Positions 61,401-64,000 of a stretch of DNA of 64,000 nucleotides are shown here, piece by piece (within the stretch, counting starts at the first letter, position 1; every line of letters starts with the position of its first letter). Made by a program: the position numbers and the translations under genes. The DNA lies in the NCBI GenBank assembly GCA_043228905.1, contig JBHGNT010000016.1, positions 9,982,001 through 10,046,000 of the forward strand, in the 5' to 3' direction. The notes beneath the pieces were generated by a model, which saw only the letters and a program-made list of their open reading frames with translations, ran no database searches and had not been told where the DNA came from. This DNA comes from Azolla caroliniana (lineage: Eukaryota > Plantae > Polypodiophyta).

Positions 61401-64000
61401 CACATTAAACAAAACTGGAGGAAGAATATAATCACCTTCCGGCGGGGAAAAGCAAAAGTACGGGTACCGACACAACCACGGACGGGTACCGGGAAGGAAT
61501 TGACATCCCTATATGCCGAATGTGTCAATATGCTGGACGGATTAGCAGATGAAGAGGTGGATCAATACTTGCAAGATAATCCAAAGATAGTACCTCTGGC
61601 AAGCACAAGAAGCGCTGGAAAGATAAATGGCCGTATCACAACGGGTTAAAGCATCCCAACTAGAGGAGGTAAATCTAGGAACTACGGAAGAGGCGAGACC
61701 GGTGTAGATAGCCAAGGAAATGACTACGGAGAACAGAATAGTGATGATTACACTTCTCAAAGAGTTTCAGGACGTATTTGCTTGGTCCTACGAGGATATG
61801 AGAGGGCTCGATCCTCAGCTATATTAGCATCAGATACATTTGAGCAAAAATGCCAAACCGGTAGCATAACGACGGTACCGGATGAATCCAAACTACGCCG
61901 CCAAAGTCAAGGAGGAAATCGACAAGTTGCTGAGGGTTGGCTTTATCCGTCCCGTAAAATAATCTACATGGCTGATCCCGATAGTAGTCATACCAAAGAA
62001 AAACGGAAAAATTAGAGTATGTGTCGACTACCGGAAGCTTAATGCGGCGATGGTAACTGATGCATTTTCACTTCCATTTACGGATGGAGTTTTGGACGCA
62101 GTCACTGGCCATGAGGTATATAGTGTTTTAGACAGATTCAGCGGATACAACCAGATCCGGATGCACCCCGATGACCAGGAGAAAAGGGCTTTCGTCACTG
62201 AATGGGGAGTGTTTGTTACCGTAGTGATGATGTTCGGACTAAAAACGGCGCCGGCAACGTTCCAGAGGATCATCATGGAAATGTTCGGAGAATTCATACC
62301 GGCATTCATGCAGGTGTTCCTCGACGACTTCACCGTTTACAGTCGGGAAGGAGACCACCTTCAGCACCTCCGATTGTGTCTAGAAAAGTGTAGGGCTTAC
62401 CGGCTAAGCCTGAATCCGGCGAAGTGTGTATTCGGCGTGTCCAGCGGAACACTACTGGGGCACATTGTGAGCAAGGAAGGCATCGCCGTGGATCCGGACA
62501 AAGTAAAAGCAATCCTGGAGGCACCGGCACCAACAATGGCAAAGGCATTGAGCCGTTTCTTAGGCTAAATCCATTGGCATAGCCGAATGCTCCGGTATTT
62601 GGCAAACCTAGCTACACCACTGCATGTTACGGTACACCGAACACCATTCCAGTGGACCGACAACGAAGACAAGACTTATCGGGCACTCAAAGTTCTATTG
62701 TCACAAGCGTCGGTAGTGCAACCCCCGGATTGGGCGAAGGAATTTCATGTGTTTGTGGATGCGTCCGACATTGCAATTGGGAGTGCGCTGATATAACTTA
62801 CGGAGCCAACATGGTATCGGCCCGTATATTATGCAAGCCTGAAGTTATCCCAAGCCGAACAAAATTATTCCACCACGGAAAGGGAAGCTTTAGGCATGAT
62901 CTACAGCGTAACAAAATTCAGGCATTATTTATTGGGAAGAAAGTTTTCCTTCCATGTAGATCGTTCGGCACTCCTCTACCTAGTGTCCAAAGCGTCACTT
63001 ACCGGTAAGTTGGCCCGGTGGACTTTGCTATTACAGGAATTCAAATTCGAGATATTCCACCGACCCGGCATACAGCATGTGGTAGCAAATTATTTAAGCC
63101 GGTTAGATTCTGGCGAAACCGGCGATGGAGTACCGGACGAGTTTCCGGATGCTGAGCTCTTTCGAGTCACCGCAGAAACGGCAACAGATGAAACGGTGGG
63201 ACCCGAAAATAAGTGGCTAACAAATATGCACCAATTTCTGAGCACCGGATTGCCTCCGGAGGAGATGAACCGGGACGAGAGGAAACACCTGGCGGTACAA
63301 AGCCGACGCTTCTGTTTATAACGGGACACACTATACCACAAAGGTGCGGACGGTATATGGCGATGGGCGGTGCGCAGCGACGAGAAGGATATAATACTAC
63401 GGGAAGCACATTGCGGACTCGCCGGAGGCCATTATGCCGGGGATGATACGGCAAGGAAGATATGGCAAAGTGGCCTATGGTGGCCGACTACATTGAAAGA
63501 CGCAGTCCGGTACGTGAAAGAGTGTGATCTATGCCAGCCAATGGGCCAGCCAACGGAACAAGCTAGGATGCCGCACCAGCCAATACTACCGCTAGAACCA
63601 TTTCAGAAATGGGGACTAGATTTTGTCGGACCATTTAAACCACCGGCAATGAGAACTGGCAACCGGTATGTGATCATCGCGACGGACTACTGCACTAAAT
63701 GGGTGGAAGCCAAAGCCATACGAGACAACACCACGGCGTCGATGGCAAAATTCTTATATGAATACATTTGGTGCCCCATAGAGCTGATAAGCGACCAAGG
63801 AGGGCACTTTCTTGGACAGGTAGTGGAGAGCTTGACGTCATTTTATGCGGTAGTACATAAACGGAGCACCCCGTACTACCCACAAGCCAACGGATTAGCT
63901 GAGTCAACAAACAAAACGCTACAGAATATCCTGCGCAAGATCGTCAATGAGAATCAGACAGATTGGGACACGAAGCTGCACAGTGCGCTCTGGGCTTACC
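58409..64000 (+). mobile_element. Non-chromoviral Ty3/gypsy element (5' LTR 58409-~58845, gag, PR, RT, RNase H, INT), decayed, runs off the window
   Basis: tgtta..taaca LTR, TGGCGACC PBS-like at ~58852. Motifs VIDGGSGVNVI, FLDDF, VDASD, GGHY..ECDLCQ, WGLDFVGP, SDQG, YYPQANG. Confidence 0.9.
59967..60051. repeat. Tandem repeat, about 2.6 x 32 bp, disrupting gag
   Basis: Unit aatgggagccct(g/c)caacgagctcttggctaac. Confidence 0.9.

Overview
Eukaryotic, almost entirely transposon-derived DNA. The element mix suggests an early-diverging land plant such as a moss; this is inference. No host gene, rRNA or true tRNA gene is supported. Bases 1-21.7 kb are decayed, nested Ty1/copia and Ty3/gypsy fragments. 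Bases 21738-53397 form one copia element bounded by a CTTTC target-site duplication (TSD). Its 3' LTR is split at a (CT)n tract by two tandem APE-RT LINEs. The first LINE is itself interrupted by two elements. One is a 9.8-kb TIR DNA transposon (about 30592-40371) with a spliced Sola2-like transposase, a convergent spliced RING/FCP1-like accessory gene, and intronic arrays of a palindromic TAGCTAATTAGCTA motif. The other is an intact, very young chromovirus (40441-46220, TSD ATGGG) with a self-priming PBS, a -1 frameshift signal and a tRNA-like A/B-box cassette in its LTR. The window ends in copia and gypsy remnants. A 100-N assembly gap lies at 47712-47811. All family assignments come from motif recognition by eye, not database searches.
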